A stretch of 64,000 bases of DNA from an uncultured Christensenella sp. (GCA_949841595.1 CATKZB010000005.1:2178-66177); one strand, 5' to 3'; positions 37,681-47,150 are shown, counted from the first letter of the stretch. The notes: generated by a model not told the origin, from the letters alone. Translations and numbers: made by a program.

Positions 37681-37887
37681 ATGAATAGAGATATAACTTT
37701 AAACAACAACCTTAAAGAAATAAGAAACAAAAAGAACCTTTCTCAAGAAGAGTTGGCACGACAAACTGGAACAACAAGACAAACAATAATTGCAATTGAA
37801 AAAGGCGTTTTCAACCCTTCTGCAAAGCTTGCTCTTTTGCTGTGTTTGGTGTTGGATTGCAAGTTTGAAGAATTATTTTATTTCTAA
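37681..37887 (+). CDS. XRE/Cro-C1-family helix-turn-helix transcriptional regulator
   Basis: The HTH_3-type motif is LKEIRNKKNLSQEELARQTGTTRQTIIAIEKGVFNPS. Length is 68 aa. ATG 37681 is chosen rather than the overlapping ORF-track start at 37639. Confidence 0.8.
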   Translation: MNRDITLNNNLKEIRNKKNLSQEELARQTGTTRQTIIAIEKGVFNPSAKLALLLCLVLDCKFEELFYF

Positions 37888-37915
37888 AATAATAAAATTT
37901 TTCATAAGATAATTT

Positions 37916-38392
37916 ATGATAAAAGAATATGACAGAAAAAATGCAATTCTTTATGCTCAAAGATGGGCGTTGAAAGCCAATCCTGCATTCTATCATTTTG
38001 GTGGAATCGGAGGTGATTGCACAAATTTCATTTCCCAATGTTTGCTGGCAGGTGGTGCAAAAATGAACTTTTCCCCTTTGGGTTGGTTTTACCAAGATGT
38101 AAACAGCAGGTCGCCAAGTTGGACAAGTGTTTTGAGTTTGCAAAATTTTCTCTTAAAAAATTCAGGGATAGGTCCATTTGGACATATTGAAGATGTTTCA
38201 AAACTGCAAATTGGCGATTTGATTCAATTACGACAAAACCCAACTCATTTTAATCACACAGTAATAATAACTAAAATAACATATAATGACATCTATGTTT
38301 GTGCTCATTCAAATGATGCACTGAACAAATCTTTGCGACAATATCAGTTTGAGGAACTTCTTGGTATTCATATTGATGGGATTAGAGTTTGA
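37916..38392 (+). CDS. putative amidase-domain protein (papain-like/NlpC-type Cys protease fold)
   Basis: AILYAQRWA...NP.FY.FGGIGGDCTNFISQCLLAGG matches the 'putative amidase domain' family signature, with a later His (NPTHFNHTVII). No obvious SD. Confidence 0.5.
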   Translation: MIKEYDRKNAILYAQRWALKANPAFYHFGGIGGDCTNFISQCLLAGGAKMNFSPLGWFYQDVNSRSPSWTSVLSLQNFLLKNSGIGPFGHIEDVSKLQIGDLIQLRQNPTHFNHTVIITKITYNDIYVCAHSNDALNKSLRQYQFEELLGIHIDGIRV

Positions 38393-38409
38393 ATTTATTT
38401 TGTTCGATT

Positions 38410-38445
38410 AAAATTTTCACTTAGTTATTAGGTGAAAATTTTTGT
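38410..38445 (+). terminator. rho-independent terminator
   Basis: An 11-bp stem aaaattttcac / gtgaaaatttt, followed by T-rich sequence. Confidence 0.65.
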
Positions 38446-38488
38446 TTTGTGATATACTAAGATTGAAGAATCAAAGGAGAAAGTTGAC

Positions 38489-40357
38489 ATGAAAAAACTT
38501 ATTCTATTTGTTGCAACCTTATGCTTTTCACTTTCAACAGCAATTTTGTTGTCGGCTTGTGGACAGCAAGCACAATATAAAATTGAAATAGTTCAACCTC
38601 TTGCTGAGAGTGAACTTTTTGATGTGATTTTAAAAAAAGACAATGAAACATTGGTTGCTGCAAATAATACATATTCTGTTGACGCTGAATCAAATATAAA
38701 AGTTGAAATTTATGCTAAGAAAAAAGGCGTAAGTTTTGATGATTTGATTGTAAAGGTTGGAAACATAAACAAAGCGATTATTAAAAACAACAATTATAGT
38801 CTTGTTCCTAATCAAGGAGAATTATATTATGGATATTTTTCTCTTGCAAATATAAATGCTGATTTAAAAGTTACTTTTTCAGGTGCAAAGCAAGCATCAT
38901 CCACATTTAGTTTTGCAGTGGATGATATGGAAGATGAATCTGTGGTAGAAAAACTTAAACTCACACAAGTAAGACTGGATAACTCAGAAGAAAACTTTGT
39001 TAATCTTTATGACTATTTGACTGGAGAAGGAGATAAAAGTTTTGTTAGAGTTTTTAATTCAGAAGATGATTATGATAACTTTAAAACATTGAAAATTAAG
39101 TTTGAAGGAATTATTCCCTTTAATTTGAAAACGGCGCATCCTTTTACACTTTCAGCTGAGAATGAAACATCATTAGATATACGAATGGAAAGAGTTGAAG
39201 ATTGCTTTGTCATTGATTTGGGCAAAGTTGGTGATAAAAAGAATTACATAATAAATATAAATTACAAAGATTTAGGATATCAAAATTTTGACATTGTGTT
39301 GCCAAAAGATAATCTTACATATTCTGTTTCAATAGATGCACCTAAAATTAATTTTTTGCAAGAAAGAATTATCACGATTCAAAAACTTCAAGATACATCA
39401 AAGGTTGACTATAGTGAAATGAAAGTCTATGCAAATAATTTGCTATTGGAAAATGTGGAAAACAGCGAAACAGAAACCGAAATTAAATTTTTTCTTCCAA
39501 AGGGGCAAACTCCAGCAAGCACTGGAGGTCAAGAGAAATTTGAAATAAAAGTCGAAGGAATTAAATATATTGCCGAGACTTTTAGGATGACAGTCAAGAC
39601 TGATGTTGATTTGATGGAAACACAATGGAGTTTACCAAAATTTTATTCAATCGGTGAGAATGACGAACTGCAAGATGTTGCAGGTGTAAATCCCGATGGA
39701 TCTGCAATTTCAATCAAAGGGGAAGCCAATTGTTTGAAATGGGGATATGTTTGGGATGAAGGGTATTCATTTAAATATGATTTATACAACTACGATGTCT
39801 TTTGTGGAGAAACAAAACTTTTTAATCTTCAAGAAATTTTAGCTTTTCATACAGAAGATTTTGAAGAAAGTGTTTTAAGTGGTGAATTTAAATTCAAAGC
39901 GTTTTATAACAATCAAACAAACTGCTTTGACAATTTTCAACTTGAATTTGTAAGCAATAAAGATGTTGACATAAATTTAAAGGATTTTGTTGAGTTTGAA
40001 AAGCGTATTAAAGTGGGCTACACTTTTGAAGATCGCAGAGTGCTTGGACTTGAAGTTGGAGTGGAAAATTATGCTCAAACGGAAGAGTTGGAAACTGTTT
40101 CCATTGAGCAAAACAGCACTGCTGATTTCACAGTAAAAGGAGAGCAGATTCTTGTTATAAAAATTATCACGGGAAACGAGTTAGTTGGTTTATATGAGTT
40201 CCGTCTTGATAATAAAAAAGTTTCGTATGCTTGGGAAGAAAGTAAACATGGGGTTGACGAAGAAGGCAGAAAGTATACTGAATGTCGTTTTGTAATTTCT
40301 AATTTACAGTTTGATGAAATAATGAATGTTCAATTAGTTCCTGCTGTGGCAGAGTGA
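38489..40357 (+). CDS. lipoprotein of unknown function
   Basis: The signal peptide has a lipobox (MKKLILFVATLCFSLSTAILLSAC-GQQ). An AAGGAGAAAG SD is present. I recognise no domain in the 622 aa. Confidence 0.7.
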   Translation: MKKLILFVATLCFSLSTAILLSACGQQAQYKIEIVQPLAESELFDVILKKDNETLVAANNTYSVDAESNIKVEIYAKKKGVSFDDLIVKVGNINKAIIKNNNYSLVPNQGELYYGYFSLANINADLKVTFSGAKQASSTFSFAVDDMEDESVVEKLKLTQVRLDNSEENFVNLYDYLTGEGDKSFVRVFNSEDDYDNFKTLKIKFEGIIPFNLKTAHPFTLSAENETSLDIRMERVEDCFVIDLGKVGDKKNYIININYKDLGYQNFDIVLPKDNLTYSVSIDAPKINFLQERIITIQKLQDTSKVDYSEMKVYANNLLLENVENSETETEIKFFLPKGQTPASTGGQEKFEIKVEGIKYIAETFRMTVKTDVDLMETQWSLPKFYSIGENDELQDVAGVNPDGSAISIKGEANCLKWGYVWDEGYSFKYDLYNYDVFCGETKLFNLQEILAFHTEDFEESVLSGEFKFKAFYNNQTNCFDNFQLEFVSNKDVDINLKDFVEFEKRIKVGYTFEDRRVLGLEVGVENYAQTEELETVSIEQNSTADFTVKGEQILVIKIITGNELVGLYEFRLDNKKVSYAWEESKHGVDEEGRKYTECRFVISNLQFDEIMNVQLVPAVAE

Positions 40358-40364
40358 GGATGCA

Positions 40365-40703
40365 ATGAATGGATTTTTTGAAAGGGTTTATAATGTCGTG
40401 AAAGATATACCAAAGGGGAAAGTGGCAACTTATGGTCAGATAGCGAAAATGTTGAATGCTCCAAGATATTCTCAAATTGTGGGTTATGCACTTCACGGAA
40501 ATCCAGATCCCAAAACAATACCTTGTCACAGAGTTGTCAACAGACAAGGAAAAATAAGCACAAGTTTTGCTTTTGGTGGCAAGTTTTCGCAAAAACAATT
40601 GCTTGAAAAGGAAGGTGTTGTTTTTGTGGATGAAGAGACAGTTGATTTAAAGCAATGTCAGTGGCAACCTGAAATTTTGGATGTTGAATTAAAGTTTGAA
40701 TAA
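40365..40703 (+). CDS. MGMT-family protein (methylated-DNA-protein-cysteine methyltransferase DNA-binding domain, PCHRV present)
   Basis: IPKGKVATYGQIA...IPCHRVV is the DNA_binding_1 / Ogt C-terminal signature. Length is 112 aa, and the gene starts 7 nt after the lipoprotein stop. Confidence 0.8.
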   Translation: MNGFFERVYNVVKDIPKGKVATYGQIAKMLNAPRYSQIVGYALHGNPDPKTIPCHRVVNRQGKISTSFAFGGKFSQKQLLEKEGVVFVDEETVDLKQCQWQPEILDVELKFE

Positions 40704-40735
40704 AAAATAAGCAAATTCAATTGCTTATTTTTTTA
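40703..40735. terminator. bidirectional terminator between the MGMT-family gene and metK
   Basis: aaaaaataagcaa-attcaa-ttgcttattttttt. The metK stop codon lies inside the 3' arm. Confidence 0.75.
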
Positions 40736-41813
40736 ATGTGATAAGTTTTTCCCAAGGAAATTCGTTTCTTCCAAAATGACCATAACATGCAGTCTGCTTA
40801 TAAATTGGGCGAAGAAGATCAAGTTCTTTTATAATGTTATCTGGAGAAAAATCAAAATTTGAATTGACAATTTGATATATTTTTTTCAATTCGACCTTTT
40901 CTGTTCCAAAAGTTTCGATGTTGATTGACAAAGGTTTTTCCAGCCCAATTGCATAGGAAACTTCAATCTCGCATTTTGAGCAAAGTTTGTTGTAAACCAA
41001 GTTTTTTGCAACATATCGTGCATAATATGCAGCACTTCTGTCAACTTTTGTTGCATTTTTGCTTGAAAAACAACCACCACCAACTTTTGCAATTCCACCA
41101 TATGTATCAACGACAATTTTTCTTCCAACACAACCACTATCTCCATAACTTCCCCAAATTGTAAACTTTCCACTTGGGTTTATTTGATATTTGGTTTGCT
41201 TTTTAACATATTTTTTATATTCCTCCAAAACTGGATCAATAACATTTTCTTTGATTTGTTGTTCAAGGTTTTTGCAATTTTCTTTATGGCTTGCACTGAT
41301 TAAGATTGTTTCAAAATAGAGTGGTTTGTCGTCTTCATAGCAAACAGAAACTTGACTTTTGGCGTCTGCATAGAAGTTGGGATTTGATTTTCGAAAAGTT
41401 TCATATTGTTTCATCAATTTGTGAGCCACAACAATTGTCAGTGGCATAAATTCTTTTGTTTCATTTGCTGCATATCCAAACACCATACCTTGATCGTTTG
41501 CACATAACTTATCTTTCACAACTGCTTGATTTATATCTGCACTTTGTTTTGAAATCTCTTGATATATTTTAAATTTTTGGTTATATCCAATTTCTTGAAG
41601 TATTTGGGTTGCAATTTTTTTGTAATTTATTTTTGCATTTGTTGTGGCTTCTCCGTAGATGTAAAGTTTGTTGTTTTTGATGGCGCATTCCACTGCCATT
41701 TGTGAGTTTTTGTCTTGTCTTAATGCTTCATCCAAAAATGCATCTGCCAAAGTGTCACAGGTTTTGTCAGGATGTCCGATATTCACACTTTCGCTTGTTA
41801 AAATTTTTCTCAT
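40725..41813 (-). CDS. metK: S-adenosylmethionine synthetase (methionine adenosyltransferase)
   Basis: SESV..GHPDK.CD..AD..LD, DQGMVFGYA, GGGCFSSKNATKVDRSAAYYARYVAKN. An AAGGAG SD is present, and the gene is preceded by a SAM-I riboswitch. At 362 aa it is somewhat shorter than typical bacterial MetK. Confidence 0.92.
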   Translation of the reverse strand: MRKILTSESVNIGHPDKTCDTLADAFLDEALRQDKNSQMAVECAIKNNKLYIYGEATTNAKINYKKIATQILQEIGYNQKFKIYQEISKQSADINQAVVKDKLCANDQGMVFGYAANETKEFMPLTIVVAHKLMKQYETFRKSNPNFYADAKSQVSVCYEDDKPLYFETILISASHKENCKNLEQQIKENVIDPVLEEYKKYVKKQTKYQINPSGKFTIWGSYGDSGCVGRKIVVDTYGGIAKVGGGCFSSKNATKVDRSAAYYARYVAKNLVYNKLCSKCEIEVSYAIGLEKPLSINIETFGTEKVELKKIYQIVNSNFDFSPDNIIKELDLLRPIYKQTACYGHFGRNEFPWEKLITLKK

Positions 41814-41837
41814 ATATTTTCTCCTTAAGTTTTCTCA

Positions 41838-41968
41838 TAAAAAATGTCCATCTTAGCGACGGACAAGAAATTTATTTTCTCCATCGCTTCAAGCTTTAGC
41901 ACCTTGTCTAAAAAAGATAGGTTGCTGTGTGTTCAACGGGCTTGTCCCTAGCACACTCTTTATGGTGT
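41838..41968 (-). promoter_or_regulatory. SAM-I (S-box) riboswitch with intrinsic terminator in the metK leader
   Basis: The minus-strand read is ...ccataAAGAGtgtgcTAGGGAcaaGCCCgttGAAcacacaGCAACCtatc...aaGGTGCTAAAgcttgaagcgatggaga... This matches the conserved S-box core (AGAG, AGGGA, GCCC, GAA, GCAACC, GGTGCTAA). It is followed by the hairpin tgtccgtc-gctaa-gatggaca and U6. Confidence 0.85.
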
Positions 41969-41972
41969 TTTC

Positions 41973-42001
41973 ATTATAATACTTTTCAAATAAAAAATCA
42001 A
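41973..42001 (-). promoter_or_regulatory. promoter of the S-box/metK unit (TTGATT-17-TATAAT)
   Basis: Minus-strand TTGATT (plus 41996-42001), a 17-nt spacer, and TATAAT (plus 41973-41978), just upstream of the riboswitch. Confidence 0.6.
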
Positions 42002-42097
42002 ATATTTTTTGAAAAGAGTTGATTTTTTTGTTATTTTGCTTGATTTTTATATCAGATTTTTTTATTCTATATATAGATAAAAAAGGAGTTTTAAATT

Positions 42098-42718
42098 ATG
42101 AAAGGGATAAAGAAATTTTTTGCCGATTTCAAAAAGTTTATAAGCCGTGGCAATGTCATTGATATGGCAGTCGGTGTTATCATAGGTGGTGCATTTTCAG
42201 CAATTGTGACATCTTTGACAAACAAAATCATTATGCCACTTATCAATTTGTTGTTGTCTCTTGCAGGAGGAGATGGGTTAGAATCTGCTCGTACCATTTT
42301 GGGACAACCAGTTTACAACACACCTGGCGTTATTGAAAGTGGAATCAATTGGGCTTCAACAATTTATATTGATTGGGGTGCATTCATAACAGCTATTATT
42401 GATTTCTTGTTGATTGCACTTGTGCTTTTCATTATTTTGAAAGTAATGATGAGTGCTCAAGGATTCTGGAAAAAGAGTGTGGGAGAATATCCAACAAAAG
42501 AAGAAAGAAAAGTTTTGAGAGCAGAAGGCGTAGATATGAAAGACAAAAAAGTTCTTATTGCTGCAACTGCTGAACTTCGTGAAAAGAACAAGCCTATTCC
42601 AGCTCCACCAAAGCCTACACAAGAAGAATTGCTGTCAGAAATTTTGGTTGAACTTAAAAAGCAGAACGCAGAATCTGAAGTTGTTGTTGAAACAAAAAAA
42701 TCTAAAAAGACAAAATAA
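42098..42718 (+). CDS. mscL: large-conductance mechanosensitive channel MscL with an extended charged C-terminus
   Basis: F..FI.RGNVIDMAVGVIIGGAFSAIVTSL...I.MP is the MscL signature. Length is 206 aa against about 130-150, with an AAGGAG SD. Confidence 0.9.
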   Translation: MKGIKKFFADFKKFISRGNVIDMAVGVIIGGAFSAIVTSLTNKIIMPLINLLLSLAGGDGLESARTILGQPVYNTPGVIESGINWASTIYIDWGAFITAIIDFLLIALVLFIILKVMMSAQGFWKKSVGEYPTKEERKVLRAEGVDMKDKKVLIAATAELREKNKPIPAPPKPTQEELLSEILVELKKQNAESEVVVETKKSKKTK

Positions 42719-42746
42719 AAGACAAGCAAAAAAGCTTGTCTTTTTT
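42717..42746. terminator. bidirectional terminator
   Basis: aaaagacaagc-aaaaaa-gcttgtctttttt, between convergent genes. Confidence 0.75.
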
Positions 42747-43536
42747 AAACCACTTTTGTTTTAAGAGTTTTCATGATAATTTTAAAACTTTTGTCTTCTC
42801 TTTTCTTTTTGATATGTTCATAAACATAAAAAGGAGTGATAGTGATTATTGCGATAACTAGAAGCAGAATTGCATAAGTGAAAAGATGTGAGTGATTTGG
42901 AAATAGATTGAATGGCAAACCATTTTCCATAAGATATAAATAATTTGCTCCTTCAATCACACTATTTCCAATCATGGACCATCCAGCAAGCAAAAAGATC
43001 CCAACAAAACCTTGCCAAAATTCTTTTATTTGAACTTTGAAATAACCAGTTGAAATGCAAGCGATAACAACAGTTGGCATTGCAAAATGCAAAAACAAAC
43101 TTTCGTAGTGTAAGAATGAAAGCGTGCTTAAGTAATAATAGTCGCCAAAGATGAATGTTAAAACACCACCGAAAAAAGTTACAATCAATACGGGCAAAAA
43201 GAATTTTTTTGTTTTTGTGAGAAAGAATATTGGAAAAACAAAGCTCATCACGTGGCAAAGATGCCAAGGAAGAATTTCAACAAAGGTTTGAGCCCCTGAA
43301 AAGTAGAGAAGTGCCATTCTGAATAGTCTTGTCCCAATCATTAGCCAGCTTAAAACTTTCGTGAAAGTTAGTGCAAACTTTTTGTGCTTTTTGAAGATAA
43401 ACCAACATGTAACAAGCCAAGCTGCAAGACAACACATAAGTGTTATATGCAAAGGACACCATAGTCCTGGGCCATCACCCATGACATCGGCGTTTTCAAT
43501 CAACCAATCATAAAAAGTAAAAATTGCGTTAAGCAT
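42745..43536 (-). CDS. YwaF/TMEM164-like integral membrane protein
   Basis: Polytopic, with the LPWHLCH motif typical of the TIGR02206/YwaF family. 263 aa. Confidence 0.5.
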   Translation of the reverse strand: MLNAIFTFYDWLIENADVMGDGPGLWCPLHITLMCCLAAWLVTCWFIFKKHKKFALTFTKVLSWLMIGTRLFRMALLYFSGAQTFVEILPWHLCHVMSFVFPIFFLTKTKKFFLPVLIVTFFGGVLTFIFGDYYYLSTLSFLHYESLFLHFAMPTVVIACISTGYFKVQIKEFWQGFVGIFLLAGWSMIGNSVIEGANYLYLMENGLPFNLFPNHSHLFTYAILLLVIAIITITPFYVYEHIKKKREDKSFKIIMKTLKTKVV

Positions 43537-43614
43537 ATAACCTCATTTTTATTATATTCTAATATATTAAATTTCAAAATGCAAAACATTTTGTTTAATT
43601 GGCGAAAAAACAAG

Positions 43615-43641
43615 ATAAGAAAAAAATTGCCTATGCAATTT
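43615..43641 (-). terminator. rho-independent terminator of the DUF2188-like gene
   Basis: On the minus strand, hairpin aattgc-atag-gcaatt followed by a T-run, immediately after the stop codon. Confidence 0.55.
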
Positions 43642-44228
43642 TATTTCTTTTGAAATTTTCCGTCTTTTTTATGTACCACAAAATTTAACTCGTTTGAAGA
43701 AGACAATTCTTTAACTCTTTCCAAGGCTTCTTCTTTGGTCGCGAAGGATGCGATAGTTCTTTTTGCTCCATCCTTTTTGATCAACCACAATCTGGCCTCT
43801 TTATCAAACAAAACGCGATAGACAGGTTTCTTTGTTTTCTCAACAGTTTCTGATTTTGTCTGTTCTTGTTTTGATGAACTTTTTGCAGTTGAAGTTTTTT
43901 CTGTTTTGGTCGCAGGTTTTTCTTTTGTTTCAACATTTTTAGTTTCTTTGGATGACACAGATTTTCCTGTCTTTGCAGGACTTTTCTTTGAAGAAGAAAC
44001 CGTCTTTGTTGCAGGTTTTGCAGTTTCATCTTTTTTCACTGTTTTTGCTGTGCTTTTTGGTGAAGACACTTTTTTTGCACTTTCAGTTTTTGGTGTCGAT
44101 GTTTTTTTAGTTGTTTGTTTGCTTGTTGTTTTCACGTTCTTTGCTGCTGAATTTTCCTCTTTTGGTGTTTCAACAACTTTCTTTTCAACTTTTTCTTCTT
44201 TCTTTTTCTTTTTTGTAAATGGCCACAT
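43641..44228 (-). CDS. Lys/Ser/Thr-rich low-complexity protein with a C-terminal DUF2188-like domain
   Basis: About 140 aa of K/T/S/E repeats, then YRVLFDKEARLWLIKKDGAKRTIASFATKEEALERVKELS (DUF2188-type pattern). A GGAGAG SD is present. Confidence 0.55.
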   Translation of the reverse strand: MWPFTKKKKKEEKVEKKVVETPKEENSAAKNVKTTSKQTTKKTSTPKTESAKKVSSPKSTAKTVKKDETAKPATKTVSSSKKSPAKTGKSVSSKETKNVETKEKPATKTEKTSTAKSSSKQEQTKSETVEKTKKPVYRVLFDKEARLWLIKKDGAKRTIASFATKEEALERVKELSSSNELNFVVHKKDGKFQKK

Positions 44229-44427
44229 AATTCTCTCCTATATTTTTGATTTCAATATTATTATAAATCATTTTTATAAAAAGGCAAAAGAAATTGAAAA
44301 GATTGTTATTAAAAAATTAAAAATTTTTGTGAATTGATTTGTGTATTTTGTCTGTTATGTTATAATTCCATTAGACTGATTGTTTGTAATATTATATTGC
44401 AACTGATATAAACTAAAAGGGTAAAAC

Positions 44428-45354
44428 ATGAAAAATATAATCGAGATCAAAGACCTTAGAAAATCTTATGGTGAAGTCAAAGCAGTTGACGGCGTTTCTT
44501 TTTCTGTGAAAGAGGGGAGTTTGTTTGCTTTTTTGGGACTGAATGGAGCTGGAAAGTCAACCACAATAAACATAATCTGTTCAATTTTGAAGAAAGACAG
44601 TGGAACAGTTTTGATTGATGGAAAAGAGTTAGAAAAACATTCTGAAGAGATAAAATCACTTATTGGAGTTGTTTTTCAAAACTCCACACTGGACAATATT
44701 TTGTCAGTTAAAGACAACTTGACAATCAGGGCAGGTTTTTATGGCTTGAAAGGAAAAGAATGGAAGAAGAGATTAGACGAACTTACAGAACTTTTGGATT
44801 TGCAAAAAATTCTTAAGCGCCCTGTTAAAAACTTAAGTGGGGGACAGAAGAGAAGAGTTGACATTGCTCGCAGTCTTATCAATTATCCAAAAATTTTGAT
44901 TTTAGACGAACCTACAACAGGTCTTGACCCTCAAACAAGAATGAAAATATGGAATCTTATTGATGAATTGAGAGTGGAAAAAAATATGACAGTTTTCTTG
45001 ACAACTCACTATATGGAAGAAGCCAACAAAGCTGACAGGGTTGTTATGATCGACGCAGGACATATCGTGGCAAATGACACCCCTCACAACCTTAAAAACA
45101 AATATTCCAGTGACTATATCAAGGCTTACATGCCAGAGAATCCTGAATTTGAAAAGAAATTTGGAGATGGGTTGGAATATGAAGGTGAATATTATAAGAT
45201 CAAAATAAAGAATAGCGAAGAAGCAAAAAAAATCATAAAGAAATATAATGAATATTTAACTGATTTTGAAGTGCTTAAAGGGGATATGGACGACGTGTTC
45301 TTAAACATAACAGGAAAAAGTTTGTCTGCTGGAGTGAATGACGATGAAAAATAA
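44428..45354 (+). CDS. ABC transporter ATP-binding protein (ABC-2 exporter type)
   Basis: Walker A GLNGAGKST, signature LSGGQKRR, Walker B ILILDEPTTGLD, and H-loop TTHYMEE. Confidence 0.9.
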   Translation: MKNIIEIKDLRKSYGEVKAVDGVSFSVKEGSLFAFLGLNGAGKSTTINIICSILKKDSGTVLIDGKELEKHSEEIKSLIGVVFQNSTLDNILSVKDNLTIRAGFYGLKGKEWKKRLDELTELLDLQKILKRPVKNLSGGQKRRVDIARSLINYPKILILDEPTTGLDPQTRMKIWNLIDELRVEKNMTVFLTTHYMEEANKADRVVMIDAGHIVANDTPHNLKNKYSSDYIKAYMPENPEFEKKFGDGLEYEGEYYKIKIKNSEEAKKIIKKYNEYLTDFEVLKGDMDDVFLNITGKSLSAGVNDDEK

Positions 45355-46294
45355 TTGTTTGGCTTTATACATGTTGGTTAAGAGAAATGTTAAGTTGTTT
45401 TTGAAAGACAAGATGACAGTTTTCTTTTCTCTTCTTGCACCAATAATAATTTTGATACTTTACATTTTGTTTTTGGGCAATATTCAAGCAGACACTGTTC
45501 ACGGAATTATTGAAGAGTTTGGGCAAAATATTGATGACAAACTTATCATGGGATTCATCAACAATTGGATGATAGCTGGAGTTATGGGTGTTTCGTGCAT
45601 TACTGTTGCATTCAATGCATGCACCATAATGGTTAGAGACAGAGAACGTGGAACAGTCAACGACGTTTTGGCTGCACCAGTGAAAAGATCTGTTATTTAC
45701 TTAAGTTACATTATTTCATGTTTTGTCATCACTTTTGTGATTTGTTTTATGGTTTTGTTGTTCTCAATGATTTATTTAGCTTGCACAGGTGGGATGATGA
45801 TGTCATTCAAAGACTTTATGGCGATTTTTGGAGTGACCATATTATCTATTATCTGTTCTTCTGTGTTTGCTGTGTTGTTTTCAAGTTTCATCAAAACTGA
45901 AGCAGCTCTTGGCTCAATTTGTGGAATTTTGAGCGCAGCAATAGGTTTCTTGACAGGTGCATATATGCCTTTGAGTGTTTTTCCAGAAACAATTCAATAT
46001 TTGGTTTGTTTCATTCCGGGGACATACTCAGCTGGTCTTTTCAGAAATTATTTCCTTCATGGGCCAATGAACATCTTGTTGGAGCAACTTCCAGAAGATT
46101 TGGTTCGTCAACTCATGGGCAATTATTCAGTGGAGATGAAATTCTTTGGAAACACGATTTCGGCAGGTTGGATGGTGCTTGCACTTGTTGTTTCAATAGT
46201 TCTTTTTGCATCTATACTTGCAATTTTATATTCAAGAAAAAAGACCAATATGTTTTTGCTTAAACATAAAAAAAGAAAGAAAAAACAAGCTTAA
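45338..46294 (+). CDS. ABC-2-type transporter permease
   Basis: Six predicted TM helices. The gene overlaps the ATPase gene stop. The alternative start ATG 45344 has better spacing from GGAG at 45331-45334. Confidence 0.75.
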   Translation: MTMKNNCLALYMLVKRNVKLFLKDKMTVFFSLLAPIIILILYILFLGNIQADTVHGIIEEFGQNIDDKLIMGFINNWMIAGVMGVSCITVAFNACTIMVRDRERGTVNDVLAAPVKRSVIYLSYIISCFVITFVICFMVLLFSMIYLACTGGMMMSFKDFMAIFGVTILSIICSSVFAVLFSSFIKTEAALGSICGILSAAIGFLTGAYMPLSVFPETIQYLVCFIPGTYSAGLFRNYFLHGPMNILLEQLPEDLVRQLMGNYSVEMKFFGNTISAGWMVLALVVSIVLFASILAILYSRKKTNMFLLKHKKRKKKQA

Positions 46295-46295
46295 C

Positions 46296-46321
46296 AAAAA
46301 AGTGATTTTTATCACTTTTTT
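46296..46321 (+). terminator. rho-independent terminator of the ABC operon
   Basis: aaaaagtgat-tttt-atcacttttt. Confidence 0.75.
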
Positions 46322-46350
46322 AAATTTTTTATAAATGCGTATAAAATACG

Positions 46351-46379
46351 TTGACTTTTAAAAATTAGTGTATTATAAT
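46351..46379 (+). promoter_or_regulatory. sigma-A promoter TTGACT-17-TATAAT
   Basis: TTGACT at 46351-46356, a 17-nt spacer, TATAAT at 46374-46379, then AAGGAGG and ATG 46404. Confidence 0.65.
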
Positions 46380-46403
46380 ACTTGAAACTCAAGGAGGTAT
46401 TAT

Positions 46404-47150
46404 ATGAGTGATGCAGCAACAGATATGGAAAAAGAAATAAAACATGAGAGACTATGTAGAGAAAATCTTAATAAATGGTCTATCGATAAACCTTTATTTG
46501 AAAGGGGTACAAAGGAATATAAAAAACATCTTGAACAAATTTTTTATGCAGCAAGTGATCTTCAATATAATTACACAATGTCGTATAAAATGGTTGTAAA
46601 TTTGGTAACGAGATATCCAGAACTTTATGATTTTAAATATGAACCTGGTTTTAAAGTAACGCCTGACAATATTTTTGATTGTATTAATGAAAAATCTAGA
46701 GATGCCAAAAATTTGGAAATTATAAAAAATGTTATTAAAAATAACTTAAAAAATTTGCAAAATATAACCGAAGCAGTGGAAAGATTGGAATATTGTGCAA
46801 ATGTATTGGAAGTAAAAAACTTAACAGAAACGAAAAGAAATAAATTGTGCAAACAAATCTATAAAGATGTCAAATTTCTTACAGATGATTGCTATTTATA
46901 TGTAAATGTTGATAATGTTGAGAAGATTTGTAACAAATTGCCAGAACTATATTATAGAACTAAGTCAACTTTTGGATTGTTGCAATGTGTGGATGTAAAC
47001 CACATCTATGATATAAATTATATTTATCAAAATAATATTAAAAACTCTCAAGAAAGATTGAAGAAAAAATTTGGATCTCACAAAAAATACATGAAACCTG
47101 ATGCAACCACTAAACAATCAGAAAAACGCAATGTTTCAAAAGCCTTTTAG
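46404..47150 (+). CDS. hypothetical cytoplasmic protein (no recognisable domain)
   Basis: Strong promoter and AAGGAGG SD. 248 aa, Lys/Asn-rich, with no TM segment. Confidence 0.6.
   Translation: MSDAATDMEKEIKHERLCRENLNKWSIDKPLFERGTKEYKKHLEQIFYAASDLQYNYTMSYKMVVNLVTRYPELYDFKYEPGFKVTPDNIFDCINEKSRDAKNLEIIKNVIKNNLKNLQNITEAVERLEYCANVLEVKNLTETKRNKLCKQIYKDVKFLTDDCYLYVNVDNVEKICNKLPELYYRTKSTFGLLQCVDVNHIYDINYIYQNNIKNSQERLKKKFGSHKKYMKPDATTKQSEKRNVSKAF

Noticed and set aside
43906-44337. 143-aa plus-strand ORF rich in Phe/Val
   Set aside because: It is the antisense shadow of the Lys/Thr/Ser-rich DUF2188-like gene, arising because AAG/AAA repeats read as CTT/TTT on the other strand.
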